From Hydrolagus affinis (taxonomy: Eukaryota): 64,000 nucleotides of DNA. Below, in pieces: positions 38,401-51,600 of the stretch. The notes beneath the pieces were generated by a model, which was given only the letters and a program-made list of their open reading frames with translations, ran no database searches and had not been told where the DNA came from. The position numbers and the translations under genes were made by a program. The DNA lies in assembly GCA_012026655.1 (NCBI GenBank), contig JAAILG010001545.1, forward strand, positions 1 to 64,000, in the 5' to 3' direction. Numbering within the stretch: position 1 is the stretch's first letter; each line of letters opens with the position of its first letter.

Positions 38401-40709
38401 CTGATGCATGTTCGCTATGTAAAGCACTTTGAAGCGCTCTGAGACACCGTCTGGCGTGGAGAGTGCTATATAAATCAAAGTTGTTGTTGTTGTAAAGGAA
38501 TCATCACTGTCACAAGGGAAATGTGATCAGCTGTGTTTCTTGCATGGAATTTTAGTCCCACTGTCTACCTCTTGTAGAGATTCTGGGAGTCTGTGTGTAC
38601 TGAGCGTACACAAGCAGTATTGAAATACCCCAAGTTCAGCAAAACAACAACAGCGACAACTTGCATTTATATAGCGCTTTTCACATGGAACAACATCTCT
38701 TGTAGACTTCAATAACAGTGGGCTCTGCCCCAGCCCATCGTGTGGAGCAGGATTTAGGGATTCTTGCCAACTTAAGCCTATCATCATTTTTGCAAAAACA
38801 CTGAACGTTTTGCTGACGGCACACAATAATTGTGTCAGCAAATTTCCTTTTAATAAAGTTTAACATTTGTCATTCTGTTTGGATGCACTCCTCCCTCGCT
38901 CCCAAAGAAATATCTTTGTATAACCAGAGGCTGCATTCACACAAATGTCATTCCTCAGCCACATGCCACAATGGAGTTACCCAAAGGAATTTGTGGAAGT
39001 GATTTTTTAATATCAACCATAGTTATCATGTTTGAAGCCTAATTATTGTGCCCTCGTGTTCCAATGGGTTTTGTTTGTACATCACCAACCTATTTAGAGT
39101 GTGATTGATTCCTTAAGCAACATCCATTGCACGTCAATAGACATGGCTTCCATGAAACCAGAGAAAAGCTTTCTCATTAAAGTACTCAGATGTACAGACA
39201 CACATCCCCTCCCTTTGAGAAATGTGATGCATTATCAATCTCAATTCGCATACCAACAGGGCTGTCAGTCAAAGCAAAGTCTAACAATATTAAACAAACT
39301 AGGCAGGCACATTACTGAAATGACCATTCTGGACTTAGTCAGAAGAAACAGGAGTTCGCTAATTGGGTGGAAGTGTGTGCAAACACAGAGACACCGACAG
39401 TAGCGATATTTTCTTAACAGGTCCTGCCATCTGTCAGTGTCTGCTCATGGCCCAGTCTGCACTGTAGGTTTTGGGTCATGTTCACAGAATATTTATACAT
39501 TGGTTGAGTTAAGGGGGTGGTGGTGGGGGGAGGGGGGGCGGGGTGGTGCTGCTGCGTGTCTCAAGCAATATTTCTGTCTGGCAACCCGGGACTTCCTAAA
39601 ATAAATGAACTTTCCCCTACCGTCCTCCTATAGCACTCAAGATGGCAAGCTGTGTGGCTGCACTGTGATCTTTAGTTAATGAATTCTTCCAGGGGGCCTT
39701 ACAATATGCTGACACTGAAGTTGGTGTTTGAAGATTTAGCTCTGCAAAAGCAGGATTGTGTAAATGATGGCAGTGAATTCACAGCCTATATTCAAGTTTG
39801 GTGGTGCCCTTGGTAGAAGCACTTTTAAACCTTTGAGATTATTGATCAGCTAGGTGTTGCCAATGCTAGTTGGTGCTATGGGTAAATAATAAGATAGAAA
39901 CAACAACAACAAAATTACACTTGTGTAGCACCTTTCACGTCAGGAGGACAGGAGTAACAGATCGAGAAGTGACATCAAAGTCAGAGGCAAAGTGGCTCTA
40001 TCCTTGCCTCCCTGGATTTGCACTGGCTGGATCTGTTCCAGTGTTAAGTGCTTCTGCACAGAGATAAAATCTCAGCCCCTACCTTACACAGGGAACTTTA
40101 TCACTGGGTCCTCGTGTGAGCATCTCTCTGCAGAGAGTTCTTGCTCCTTCAGAGCGATTGCTATTGGAAAGGCTGCAATTAATCAAATCACAGGATGCAA
40201 AATTGAATGCCAGGGGATCGTTTTGAATATCTAGATCACAATTTTTCTGAGACTTAGTTAGTCATTGCATAGATATGCAGAAAGGAGGTTGGCTTCTGTG
40301 CAAAATCTTAGCTTTGTCCATGCTGAAGTCTCATCTGTTTTGGATAAGATTTAATTATTTATATGGAAATCAAATGCCATATTGACAAATGGATGTTCTT
40401 ATCAACATCGATCCTTTCAAATGAACTCACAATCCAACCTTTTCTCACCTTTTCCTCTCCCGAAGGCGTTACCTATTACCGAGCTATGCAGCCCCCCAAG
40501 ACCTCACCGAGTGAGTCATTCTGTATGCATGAGCGCAGACAATGGGAGATCTCACATGAGAGACTGTGGAGACATCACAATCAAGCCCAACCCAATCTTA
40601 TCTGCATGTGAAATACGCATACGAATTCTCACACTAACATTGAGCCACAGCAGAAACACTGTTTGATTTAGATTTCCCAATCCAATAATATTTCCACTTG
40701 ATATTGTGC

Positions 40710-40820
40710 CTTTTGCCCACAAAAATATACAGTCAATTCACTTTACAGTATATTTTGTGAAGCGCTTTGAGCCGTCTAGAAGATGTGAAAAGAGCTATAT
40801 CAAATGCAAGGATTATTATT
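40710..40820 (+). mobile_element. SINE 3' fragment (SINE2-1_CM-like)
   Basis: GCCCACAAAAATATACAGTCAATTCACTTTACAG through GCTATATCAAATGCAAGGATTATTATT. Confidence 0.9.
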
Positions 40821-40839
40821 TCACTTACGGAGGTTGCAG

Positions 40840-41340
40840 CTCTGCAGCCTGAGCCCTCTCCCGCACTTAGCTCCGCGACCACATCACTCCCACCCTTGCC
40901 GGGCTCGATTGGCTCCTTATCTCCCAGAGGATCCAAATCAAGATCTTTGTCCTCACTTTCAAGGCCATTCACGGTCTTGGCCCCTCCTATATCTCCGACC
41001 TGCTGACTCTATCAACCAGCCTACCCACTCGGTTCAGCGGGCTCCAATCTGCTCCAAGTCTCCCGCCCTACCATTGGTGGCTAGGCTTTCAGCCTCTTAG
41101 CCCCCACACTCTGGAACTCCATCCAACAGTCCATTTGCTTCGCTTCCTCCCTTGCCCCCTTCAAAGCCAGTCTCCAGACCCTTCTTTTCGATCGTGCCTT
41201 CTGCCCTCCCAACTCTCTCCCTCCTCTCCCACCCACCGTGCCTCCCTCACTTGCTCGGTTCCTGACCCCTGATTGTTCAGCAACTTGGGACGTTCTCTGG
41301 ACGTAGAAGGCGCTCTATAAATGTAATTTTGTTGTTGCTG
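40840..41340 (+). mobile_element. L2 LINE 3' fragment: ORF2 C-terminus, 3' UTR and tail
   Basis: Translates with stops and frameshifts to DHITPTLAGLDWLLISQRIQIKIFVLTFKAIHGLGPSYISDLL and AFSLLAPTLWNSI..FKASLQTLLFDRAF. Tail GGCGCTCTATAAATGTAATTTTGTTGTTG. Confidence 0.95.
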
Positions 41341-41469
41341 CCTCAAGGTATTTTGCAAGATATACTGTAAAGTGGAGGCACTGTGTTTATTTAGTGGGCA
41401 AATGAGTATTCCACATGAGCTTGTACCCCTTCTAATACCTTCTCATATACCCTGTATTCCCTTCTCATA

Positions 41470-41789
41470 TCTATATACTGTATATAAAAGGTATGTTTAG
41501 GTATGTTTCCGCAATTGTGCCCTCCTGATGCGTATGGCGCTGTGTCAAATTTATCTTCTAATTACTGTATGTAAAGCCTTAGGTATGTTTCCGCAATTGT
41601 AACAATGAACTTCTAAAAGCAAAAGAAAAACCAAATTATCTTAAAAAAAACAAAGAAAAACAACCCAGTGATTAAAGCTCACCTTTTTTTTGTAAACAAC
41701 AAATACATTATTTTGAAAACGTTTAGAAATATATGAATAAACGTGTTCAAAAACACTAGGCCGCGTATGTCACATGGGGGTATAGCTAG
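41470..41789 (+). mobile_element. Probable non-autonomous Helitron, 320 bp
   Basis: 5' TCTATATAC, 3' CTAG, inserted between host A (41469) and T (41790). Decayed subterminal hairpin CCGCGT-atgtc-ACATGG ends about 12 nt from the 3' end. AT-rich body with a 22-bp direct repeat at 41497-41518 and 41579-41600. Confidence 0.7.
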
Positions 41790-42134
41790 TACCCTGTTAT
41801 TCCCGTCTCCCTCAAATTAGACATGCCACACTCCATTGTCTTAGAATTGGTGAAAAGTAGCTTCTGCCTATATGTAAGTTCTTACTTTCTTCTCATACCC
41901 TTGTAATGATGTTCATAAGGGCATAACAATTCTAACAACGTATCTCTTTGTATATATCTTCAGTCACCTTCCTCCTACTTTCATGGGTTCCACCTATCCC
42001 AGTGATCCAGACTGAAGTAAAAAAAAACTCCCAAGACATTATAGGCACTCTATATATGTGCAAGTTGTTGCCCCAGTGTGAATCTGCTTCAGCTGAGTAA
42101 GAAATGACCCCATGCATTTGAACTCTTGTAATTT

Positions 42135-42420
42135 ATTGGTTAGAGCACTCGCCTCGCAAGTGATTGGACTCTGGTTCGATTCTTGGGCTGGCTGAAACAT
42201 TAGGCGAGATACGCCTTTATTTACTTAGTAGTAAGTAGGAACCAGGTTGTTAGTTGATTGGCGGATTGCTTTCTGGGAGTAATAATCCCTTCAAATAAAA
42301 TAATCGTAAAAAAATATTAACTTGGTCACTCAATCCATGACTGTTGGTGGAACACTGCTGTGCACAAGTAGATGCTGCGCTTTGCCCACAGATATATACA
42401 GTCAATTCACTTTACAGTAT
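42135..42420 (+). mobile_element. Diverged SINE2-1_CM-like copy with tRNA head
   Basis: GGTTAGAGCACTCGCC and GGTTCGATTC (box B), then CAGTCAATTCACTTTACAGTAT. Tail missing. Confidence 0.8.
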
Positions 42421-44662
42421 GAGACTGGTAATGCTGACACATGGGGAAGGGTGAGGGAACTAATGCCAGTGAAGAATGACACTGTGTGGACAGGATTCTA
42501 ATGTAATTTGACTCCGCTGTTCAAAACAGGGTTTAATTGGCAACTGGTTTACATTCTGTGCCCACTCCTTAAATCTTTCTGCATCTGTGTATCTGCTTGC
42601 TGCACGCCTGCTGGTTTTATAAACAAACAGACGCCTATCTGCAGTTCTCATCTGCACCTCCTGGAGCTATTTAGTTAGCGCAGCAGCCAGTCTCCATCTC
42701 GCCCCTTCTTGTTGGGGCAGGTTTATGATGCTTTCAGGCTATGCAAAGCTGCATAAGGAATGCACTAAACATTTACCTTTTAGTGCATTTTATTCTTGCA
42801 AGGAAATAAAAGCGGAAAATGCCAGGAAAAGACCAGCTCCCATTTAAAATGTGGTTGAAATGTGAATGGAGCTATTTTCAATTTTGAGAATATCAGGTTA
42901 CCTTTAAAGGTCTAAATTAAGATTATTACAAACACCGAGAGGCACGGAGATCAGTACAATTTGTACAATAAAGGATGTTTGTGGAATGACTTAAGATCTG
43001 CGATGTGAAGGGCTTTGATTGCAGGACCTGACCTGACCGTAGCCAAGTTAACCCGCAGTAGATATCACGGTAACAATTATAACCATAATTTAACGGATTT
43101 AAACAGGACAGCTCTGAAACTCCTGTGAAAATCAAGAGTGCACTTGGCAGAGTCATTGGCAGTTCCTGTATCCTGGTGAGGTGCCCCTCTGTTTAAGTAG
43201 ACATGGGGCCCTTTAAGAGAAAGTATTTAATTCTGGCACAACATTTAGGATTGCACAATCAAATAGCCCAACCCTTGCCGTGCGCTGATAATCTCTCCCC
43301 TGAATGTGTCCTGCATTTCTTTCCTCCACACAACAAACTTTGATCTGTTGTTGAAGTTCAGTAGGTTCAATCTTTGAGTACAACCCATTCACGCACCAAG
43401 AAAACCACGATTCGTTATATTCTGCTTATTGCATCGCCCCTACCAACCCACCCACTGATGGAGCGAAATTACTTTAAAATACAATTTACATTTATATAGT
43501 AAATTTCATATCAGGAGGATGTCACAAAGTGCTTGACAAAACTAGATGGACACCCAAGTTGGTGGGTGGGGGGTGGGGGGTGGAGCCAAATTACATATGG
43601 GACTACATTTACTTTATTTTCTTTGCATTTCAGAGCATCCAGAACTGGGGAATTGTTGAATTCAGTCTTTAAAGGTGATTTTGATTTTCTGTAGTTCCTA
43701 AACAACCTTGCAGAAAACTGGCTTCAAAATTAAAGCTGCATTGAAGAATGTGCCAAATTATAGATGCTGAAATGCCAAGAAATTAGTGTAAATTGAGACC
43801 CAAGTGGAATTTCGACCCCTGTATCTCTCCTCTTGCTGGTGTATGGTTTCATGGATCCCAGTGGTTCCCTGGCTACAAGTCTGAGCCCAGAAAATGAGTA
43901 TCGACAGGCTATGATATTGTGGTGAACATCACACCTGAGCCCAGTAATTGTTCTCACCCAAAGTGCACACACACTTTAAAGCCAGGTAGGAGGAGGGAGG
44001 TAATTGGTTGGAAAATACCCCCAAAAGCAATTCTAATGCTTGATAACTTGGAACAGATTGGGAATGTGACTTTGTGGTCTGTGGGTGCTGCGTTGGAAGA
44101 TATCTTTGCCTTTGGGCCATCTTCTGTTGTTTACTTTAAAATAATGTATAGTACTTATTATAAACCAAGTCACGTGATCATATAAACCGTTTGTCATAGT
44201 CATCTTGGTTAGCCTTTTGCTTGTGCCACTGTTCTACTGACGCCAGTATTCCTTCTGTGTAGTGTTTTTTTCAAAAAAAAATCTGTCGATGTGTTTAAAC
44301 CGTAACTCAATCTGGGAGTTTGTTTGACTTAAGTGCTTCGAGCATTGCTTTTGGGGTGTATGATGCTATCAGAAGAGGTTATTGAATCGCAGCCTTGTTA
44401 GCTGACTGTTGCCTGTCTAGTTCCCACACACATATATACATGCACACGAGCCTGGAGAGTGTATTATTTCCTGTTGAGGTAAGGTGACATGTAGATTAAT
44501 AGTTGCCTTGCACTGGGTTGAATACTGTAACAGAAGGGACTTGGATGATTTCAGCGTCTGGAGGTTTATGAAGTTAACTGAACCTGGAGATTGTCTTACA
44601 ACATTGTAGCATGATCCAAGACAGCTGCTATAATTTCTAATGAAACAGTATAGTAATGATAG

Positions 44663-45114
44663 GGTGTCAGCCAGGCTCACTTGGTAGCACTTTTGCATAT
44701 GAATCGGATAGTTGAGGGTTCAAGCCTAATGTTGAGTCCTGGAATTTTTATAGTCTAGGCTGATACTCCGATGCAGTGCTGGGATTGCCCTACATTGTTG
44801 GAGATGCCGTCCTCCTTTGAATGAAACTATAAACTGAGACACCACCTGTCTGTTGAGGTGGATACTAAAGTGACTCAGGTGGCTTAAGGGCACTAGTCAA
44901 AAAGAGAACAAAGTTTCTCCTGATGTCCTGGCCAACAATCCCCAAATAAAATGGATCTCATATTCCATGGCTGTTTGTGGGACATCACTTGGTACAAATG
45001 GTTGCTGGGTTCATTTACAAAACAACCACTCGTCACACTTCACAGTATATCCTATGAAGTACTTTGAGACGTCCCCCAGAAGTGAAAAGTGCTACATCAA
45101 ATGCAAGGATTATT
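44663..45114 (+). mobile_element. Full-length Deu-domain SINE
   Basis: Head GTGTCAGCCAGGCTCACTTGGTAGCAC..GGTTCAAGCC; Deu-like core AAACTGAG..CTGTCTG..GGTGGAT..GTCCTGGCCAAC; tail AAAAGTGCTACATCAAATGCAAGGATTATT. Confidence 0.85.
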
Positions 45115-46224
45115 AGGTATTATTAAGATGTAACTTCTTTGCTCTGTGAAAATTCAGTTTCATTCTGACTTGCTTGTTAACTTCCTGGGAACCATTTAGC
45201 GTTGCAAAGGGCTCTGATTGAGAAGAATGGGACTGCCACTGTGGAACAGCATCGCATGACAGGAAGAACAAGTGAGCCAGATATATGTTCAATGTATTTG
45301 ACAGAAATTCCAAGTTGTACAACACATATGATCAAGATGATATATGATGTCCATATTGCTTGCTATCACCATTTACGAATAGTTTTTTTTAACACATTCT
45401 CAGACGTTTGTTATGTGAACCTAGGTCACTAATGGGTGGTTAAACAGATTGCAGGATCTAAATGTAGTGGAAAGTCACCTTCAGTCATTTGGCTGCGTTG
45501 CAGCTGAAAATAATTTTTTTTTTTTTACATACTGTACCTTGTTGGCTTTGGCCGCTTTGCATCGTGAGAATGAGTCCGGGAGGCGAGGGGAGTCTGTGGA
45601 CAATTTGTTATGAAGCAGAACCACAGTGTCAAGTAAGTTGCTTTTGAGTGGCTCAGTTTAGATATTGTGTGACAATCAATGCCAATAGTGATTCCAAAGA
45701 CAGATGTATTTAACCTTCTTCGTCCCAGAGTCCTTCCGGGAGTAAAGGTGCTTGAAGTCTGAGTGGGAGTCCTCTTATATGTAGTACCCTTCACTCAGTA
45801 CTTCAGGATGAAATGAATTCCAGAGTCACTTAACCCTGAATACATTCGGACTCTGCTATTGCCTCCTGTATTGTTTTCAGCCACTCAGCTTTATTTTATA
45901 GTTTCCTAATATACTTTTTTCTGCTCATTGTTGGCAAAAATACCAGCTTTCTCTGGCCCGCATCAAAATGTGCATTCTATTTTGGAATCTTTCTCGCGTT
46001 AGCACAGCCCACTTGTGCTGGGTGCGGTTGGTGAGGTACTCTTAGATTACTGATGGGAGTCAGCTGGTGCTGTTTAATTGATATTTTTCAGCAATTGCAG
46101 GAAGAAGTTAAAACGGTCCATGTCCTCTATTTGCACGCTTGGTGTTTACTGTCTAATCTAAATGCCAGGCTGTCCAGAAAGGATTTGAAATGATAAGAGT
46201 GACAGTGACAAGTGCTAGTTATGC

Positions 46225-46730
46225 TAACAACAACTTGCACTTGCATTTCGCCTTTCACATGCGATGAAATGTCTCAAGCCCTTTACAAATATTTGGTGGG
46301 AATTCCATAGAATCAGGGTATGACTGGAAATTCTTAACATAGGATAGTGCCAGTTTTGAGAATGGGGAAGTGAAGAGATGCAGATTATTGTGTACAAACA
46401 CAACAGCCAAATAGCACACAGCAATGTCCCACAAACAACTATTAAGTGAATGGCTAATTTATTTAAGGGATTGATTGGTCAGGATACCAGGAGAAACTCT
46501 TCCCTTTTCAAGTAGTGCCATTGGATCTTTAATGTCCACCTGAACAAGCAAATGGAATTTGGTTTAATGTCTCATCCAAAGCCTGGCACCTCCAACCATG
46601 CAGTGCATCCCCAGCACTGTACTGGAATGTCAGCCTAGACTATATAAACTTGAAGGTCTGAAGTGGGGCCTGAACCCACCAAACCTCTGCCTATGAGACA
46701 AGCATGTTAGTGACTGACTCAGGCTGACAC
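46225..46730 (-). mobile_element. Full-length Deu-domain SINE
   Basis: Antisense of 44663-45114: AACAACAACTTGCAC tail, GTGCCATTGGATCTTTAATGTCCACCTGA core, CAGGCTGACAC head end. Confidence 0.85.
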
Positions 46731-48249
46731 ATACAACATACAAGTAAAGGTATTAGTTGGCATTGATGACTATATAAAAAATAGAATTTGAAGTGAATCC
46801 TGCAAGTCTGACTGTGGCAACAGCTGCTTCTAACCGGTGTCACCAGAGGCCTTGCTTGTAAATAAAGAGCCAGCAGCTTATTATATTGTTACAAATTACA
46901 ACGGCTGAATTTATAAGACTTGGAGATGAGTTTTTTTTTATCCCCGATAGCCTAGGCAAGCCAGGTCAATGATAAGATTAACCAAATCCCAATTCTCTAG
47001 TTATGCTTTCTCAGTCATCGTCTATAATTACGATTGCACCGTGGGTTAATCTTACAGTCTGCTCCTGATTATACCTTAGTCAAAGACCATCTGCTGGTGA
47101 TGGAGACATTTGGGTGTTGGTGCTTCTGCAGGCGATAAAGGAGAATTGGAAAGGGCCATTGGTGTTAGTGAGAAGCAGATGTATCCTCTCTGCTCATGCT
47201 GTTTTTCTGCCTTTCAATCTGCCATCCTCTGTCTATTGATTTGCCTGCGGGCCATTCAGTCCTGAAACACTAAAAGGCTGGTCATTCAGGGGTCGTTCAT
47301 CAAACCGTTCAGCACACGGGAAATGCAAAGAGAAAGCCTTTACTACTTGTTGAGATTTCCCCCAAACTACTTATAAACAATGAAATTTTCCATAAAAGTT
47401 AGTCTAAATACAGAGAGAGAAAAGGGAGAGAGGAAGGACCTGGGCATACTTTACACCAAGGCATGAGAAAAGGAAAAATCGTTTTTTTTTCAATATTTAC
47501 CCTGGATATGAGGCAAATTTGTAGTGTTTTGGCAGTAATAATGATCATTACAGTACAGTACCTATAATGCTGAGAATATCATTAAGTGCTTCACAAAGCT
47601 TTCTGTTACGTTGTGGCTAGGCATGTGTGGGCAAATAATGTTCACTAAATATGGAAACTAATCGTCTTGCGTGGCGTTTAGGCAGTTTGAATCCAAATTG
47701 CCTGTCACTGTGAATTTTTAAAGTTTTTTTTTAAAGGATAATAATAATAATTTGTTATTAAACCTATTATTAAGTTTAATAATAAAGATTATAATAATTA
47801 TTATTATTATAAAGTTGGCTTTTGGGACAAACTGAATTCAGCACTAAATTGGTAATCTGACTCAGAAGCCTGCGGTGTGGAAAATGGAAAGTGTTTCACT
47901 ATTCTAGTAATGTTTGGTGTTCTGAGGTTTGGGGCTCAAGTCGGTTGTTGATCAGAGAAGAAAGATCTTTCTCCTCTCCTTCCAGCAATGCTCTTATCTG
48001 ACCTGGAAGGATATCGCAGGCACTGGGTGCTAAGTGTTCTATTTCTCAGCACCAACATTCCTCAGCTTGTTAAGCACACGGGGAGGAAAAAAAACATCCA
48101 GAATGATGGCAATAGTGAACACTGTTAAAGGCGTGCTTCGAGGGACATTTCAGGAATCAGATAAAATCTTTATACTCTTTCAAACAGGAAATGTTGAAGC
48201 TGTCAATATATCAATGAAAGCTCATTAAATAGCAGTTTTGTTGCAACGT

Positions 48250-48620
48250 CTCGTTCGGTTCAGAGGGAAATGGACCACGTGCTGTGGTGCGTTCAGGAAG
48301 ATGCAGGCTTTTCTCTGGTCTGTTCTGAGTTAGCTGATCTTGTCTGGGGCACTGCACTTGGCCTCAGTGTCCCCAGGCGAGGGAGAGGGTAAAATCCCGC
48401 TGCTTTGTTATCCCACTGGTAGAGCTTGTATGTAAATGTCAGGTAAGGGTAGGATCAGGCTTGATTGCTGTGTTCCCTTCATTCCTAAATCAAACAGCCT
48501 GCCAACACTTAACAGTTGAAGGTGTGCACATGAAGGATGATACTTAGGCAAGGAAGCGGAGGACTGTTGACAAGTTTGGAGCCACTAAGCCACTCACCAA
48601 CTTTGAGAATGGAGGGGTAA
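48250..48620 (+). mobile_element. Old tRNA-SINE, same family as 2833-3067
   Basis: TGAGTTAGCTGATCT, TTGGCCTCAGTGTCCCC and GGATCAGGCTTG are the sense versions of motifs in the minus-strand copies. Confidence 0.65.
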
Positions 48621-51600
48621 GAGATGAAACTCGACGTGGGTGAGTGGGAGATGAAGAGAAAAGATTCTCCATAAAATATTTGTGAATTGGCAATAATTTA
48701 TAATACAAGTGTCTTTGAAAAGTAGAGTCTTAGAGAAAGGTCCTGAACTGAAGAAATAGAGCTGAACGAGCTGGGAGTTGATGCAATAATACAGGATGTG
48801 GCAGACACCAAATCTCCCACCCAGTAAGATTATTTCTCGATTAAAGCCACAGTGATAATGTCACAGTCGTTAATCCTGGTGTGAGAATGTCATTGTGCAT
48901 CATGGGCACAAGAGTCCTCTTGACATTTGTGGTCCGACCTACGGCACAAAAACACTTTCAGAATTTAATGACTAAAGACACGCAGAATATTAAAACCACG
49001 TATACTATTCAAATAAAGGGATACCAGGGAATGATTGCAAAGTAGTAATTTAATCTCATGGCTCAGATGACTATTATAAACTGCTCGATCTTTGCTCTTT
49101 GAGTTTCTGACATCTTGGTTAGTTTACTGCCTTGTAATCACTCCTAGGGATTCATTAATCTCTCACTATCACTGGGAACTCCTGGGTCTCGAATCCAGTG
49201 GAACGTTACAGAATGTTTGCAAGATTTTCTACATGAAACTATCTTGTTTGCCATCAGCCTTGCTAACTTATCTCAGTTTGCCTTTGACAAACACTCAAAT
49301 TAGCTAGGCTGATGTAAAGCCAGCCAATCTAGAGACTTGCCCATCCACTAGATTGATAGTATTCAGAGATTTACAAAGAATGTACAGCGTGGATGCAGGC
49401 CACTCGGGCCAACCAGTCCGTGCTGGTGTTTATACTCCAGACAAGTCTTTACCCATTTCTTTCCTTACTCCTTCCCACATCGTACTATCAATCTGGGCTC
49501 ATCACCAATCTTGAAAGCAGACTTCGCTAATGGGATCTTGAAGAGGACAGACAATCAGCAGTATTTATTTACCAAGAGGATAATTAATGATTGGACTGAC
49601 TTGGTTACCAAGAAGGGGGATTGAAGCCAAGATGTTTGATTCTTTAAAAACAACAGTTTTGGTGCTGTGATGGGAGGATGTTATTATGAAAGGTTGGTAT
49701 GAAACAAACCGAAGAGCCTTCTGCATCCGAATCTATCTTGATCTTGTAATCTATGGGTTTAGGACCCACAACTGAGGTCAGCTAACCATTTCTTAATTTA
49801 TCTTATTTTTCTCTCTAACTCTTATCACCTTGCTGGTTCCCTGCACTATGGGACTTGGATCTTCTCCAAAACTTCTCAATTGAACAAAACATACTGTTGG
49901 GAGTTTGTATTCCCAGGCTCATCTAATCCATATTGAAAGAGATGAAATAATGTAAATCCACCTGCATTCCTTCTTTTCTGTGAAACTATTCTTAACGTAT
50001 CACTATATCATCAGAAAACCTAGTTAAAAATAATATATATCAATGTACTGCATAAGTATGTTAGTCATGAGGAAAATCAATCTCACAGCTGTTGCTTCAG
50101 TGCATGAATGGCACATTATTTACAAAGATTTGCAACATAACAGCTCAGATGACAGTATCATTGAGATTCGGTATATAAGATATATTCACTTTTTCTCCCT
50201 TGTGTCAGCACTTTTTTGTGTTCAGATGGATATATGATTGTAACATGGGGGATGGGCTCAGTTATGTAACATGACCTGTTGCTGGTGATGTCTCTGAGAG
50301 TGCAGTGGGTAAGGGTATCATGGACACAGCTTGTTACATTGACCTAAAACTAGAAGCAGCCTGGCCACCTGCCATGATTCCTGCACATGACAGAATTATA
50401 GGACGTGCGTGTCCTAGCATATGTATGTGACAGAATTGCAGGGTGTGTATGCTTCATAGTATGCTTCATAGAGTATCTTCCTTTTAAAAACTACCAATAC
50501 ACCTGGTTGAAAAAACTACAACATGCATTTCAGTTACTGCCCCAGATGACAATTGCAGATGGCAGTGATTTTCTTATTACACAATCGCATCACGCAAAGA
50601 TTGCCAGATATTGATCAATGTGGGATTACCATGATACTTTACTATCTGCCAGTGCCCTGTCAATCCTTTTAAGAGGATAATTGGAACTCTCCGTAGTAGT
50701 CTTTCACATATTTTTAAATTTTATACAGGAGTACACCAACTCTGCTCCACCCTAATAGTCATATATTGCTAGGTACAGTTAACAGGTTTGTAGACAACTA
50801 GCTGCCCCAGAATGCTGAAGAATAAGGGCGGAAAAAGGCACCTGACTCCCACTCTTTCTGACGTTCACACTCAGCCTTTGCCCAGAGGCTCCATTTTACC
50901 ATTCTCAGTTCTGTCATGTGGGTGGGGGAGATGCCTTGGGGACCAATCCAATCACACACAGTTCTTAACATCTCAGTCATGGTGTGGCATAGATGGAATC
51001 TGTAGAATTGTCTTCATGCTGCTCCCGCCCCATCACCATCGCTAGCACTGTAGAGGAAAATATAGATATGGGGAAGGGAGGAGAGTAAATGGAGGAAAGG
51101 GTGGTTGTGATCGAAACAAGACCCACTTTAATGCATGAGAATCACAGAGATGGCTGTTTCTCACGGTAAAAGAATTGATGCCTCAAGTGAGGGACTTTAT
51201 AAAGCATGTCCTATTCCTGGAATAGTCTGGCCTTGAATCTGCTATCACACCACCTTGGCAGCTTTCCACAGCACCGGACACTGCCTTTATTACAAACTTG
51301 TTCAGTTCAATCTTAGCACGTCTTAAAAACCTTACTGTTTGTTGGAATCTAAAATAAAGTTGTGTAAAATGATTCATAAATTCATATGTATGGAATTCAT
51401 TACTGTGATATTAACAATGTAATTAATTATCCAACCATTGTCACTAGCATTCATCTACAAAATAGACAGTCCCTACACTTTGCAGTAAATCATGTGAAGT
51501 ACTTTGAGATTTCCTCCTGTCATGAAAGGAGCTCTATCAAATGCAAGAATTATTATTATTATGAGTATTTATTGTTAATTGCATATATAAGGGGACCTGA

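Noticed and set aside
39513-39543. G-quadruplex-capable G-runs (also about 16965, 24250, 43560)
   Set aside because: Common low-complexity G tracts with no supporting context.
40733-41358. Cluster of longer GC-rich ORFs
   Set aside because: Alternative frames of the L2 fragment and the adjacent SINE tail.
47738-47813. AT-rich self-complementary stretch
   Set aside because: (TAA)n/(TTA)n low complexity; pairing is expected from composition.
51267-51285. REST/NRSE-like CAGCACCGGACAC
   Set aside because: The spacer between half-sites is 2 nt short and the right half is mismatched.
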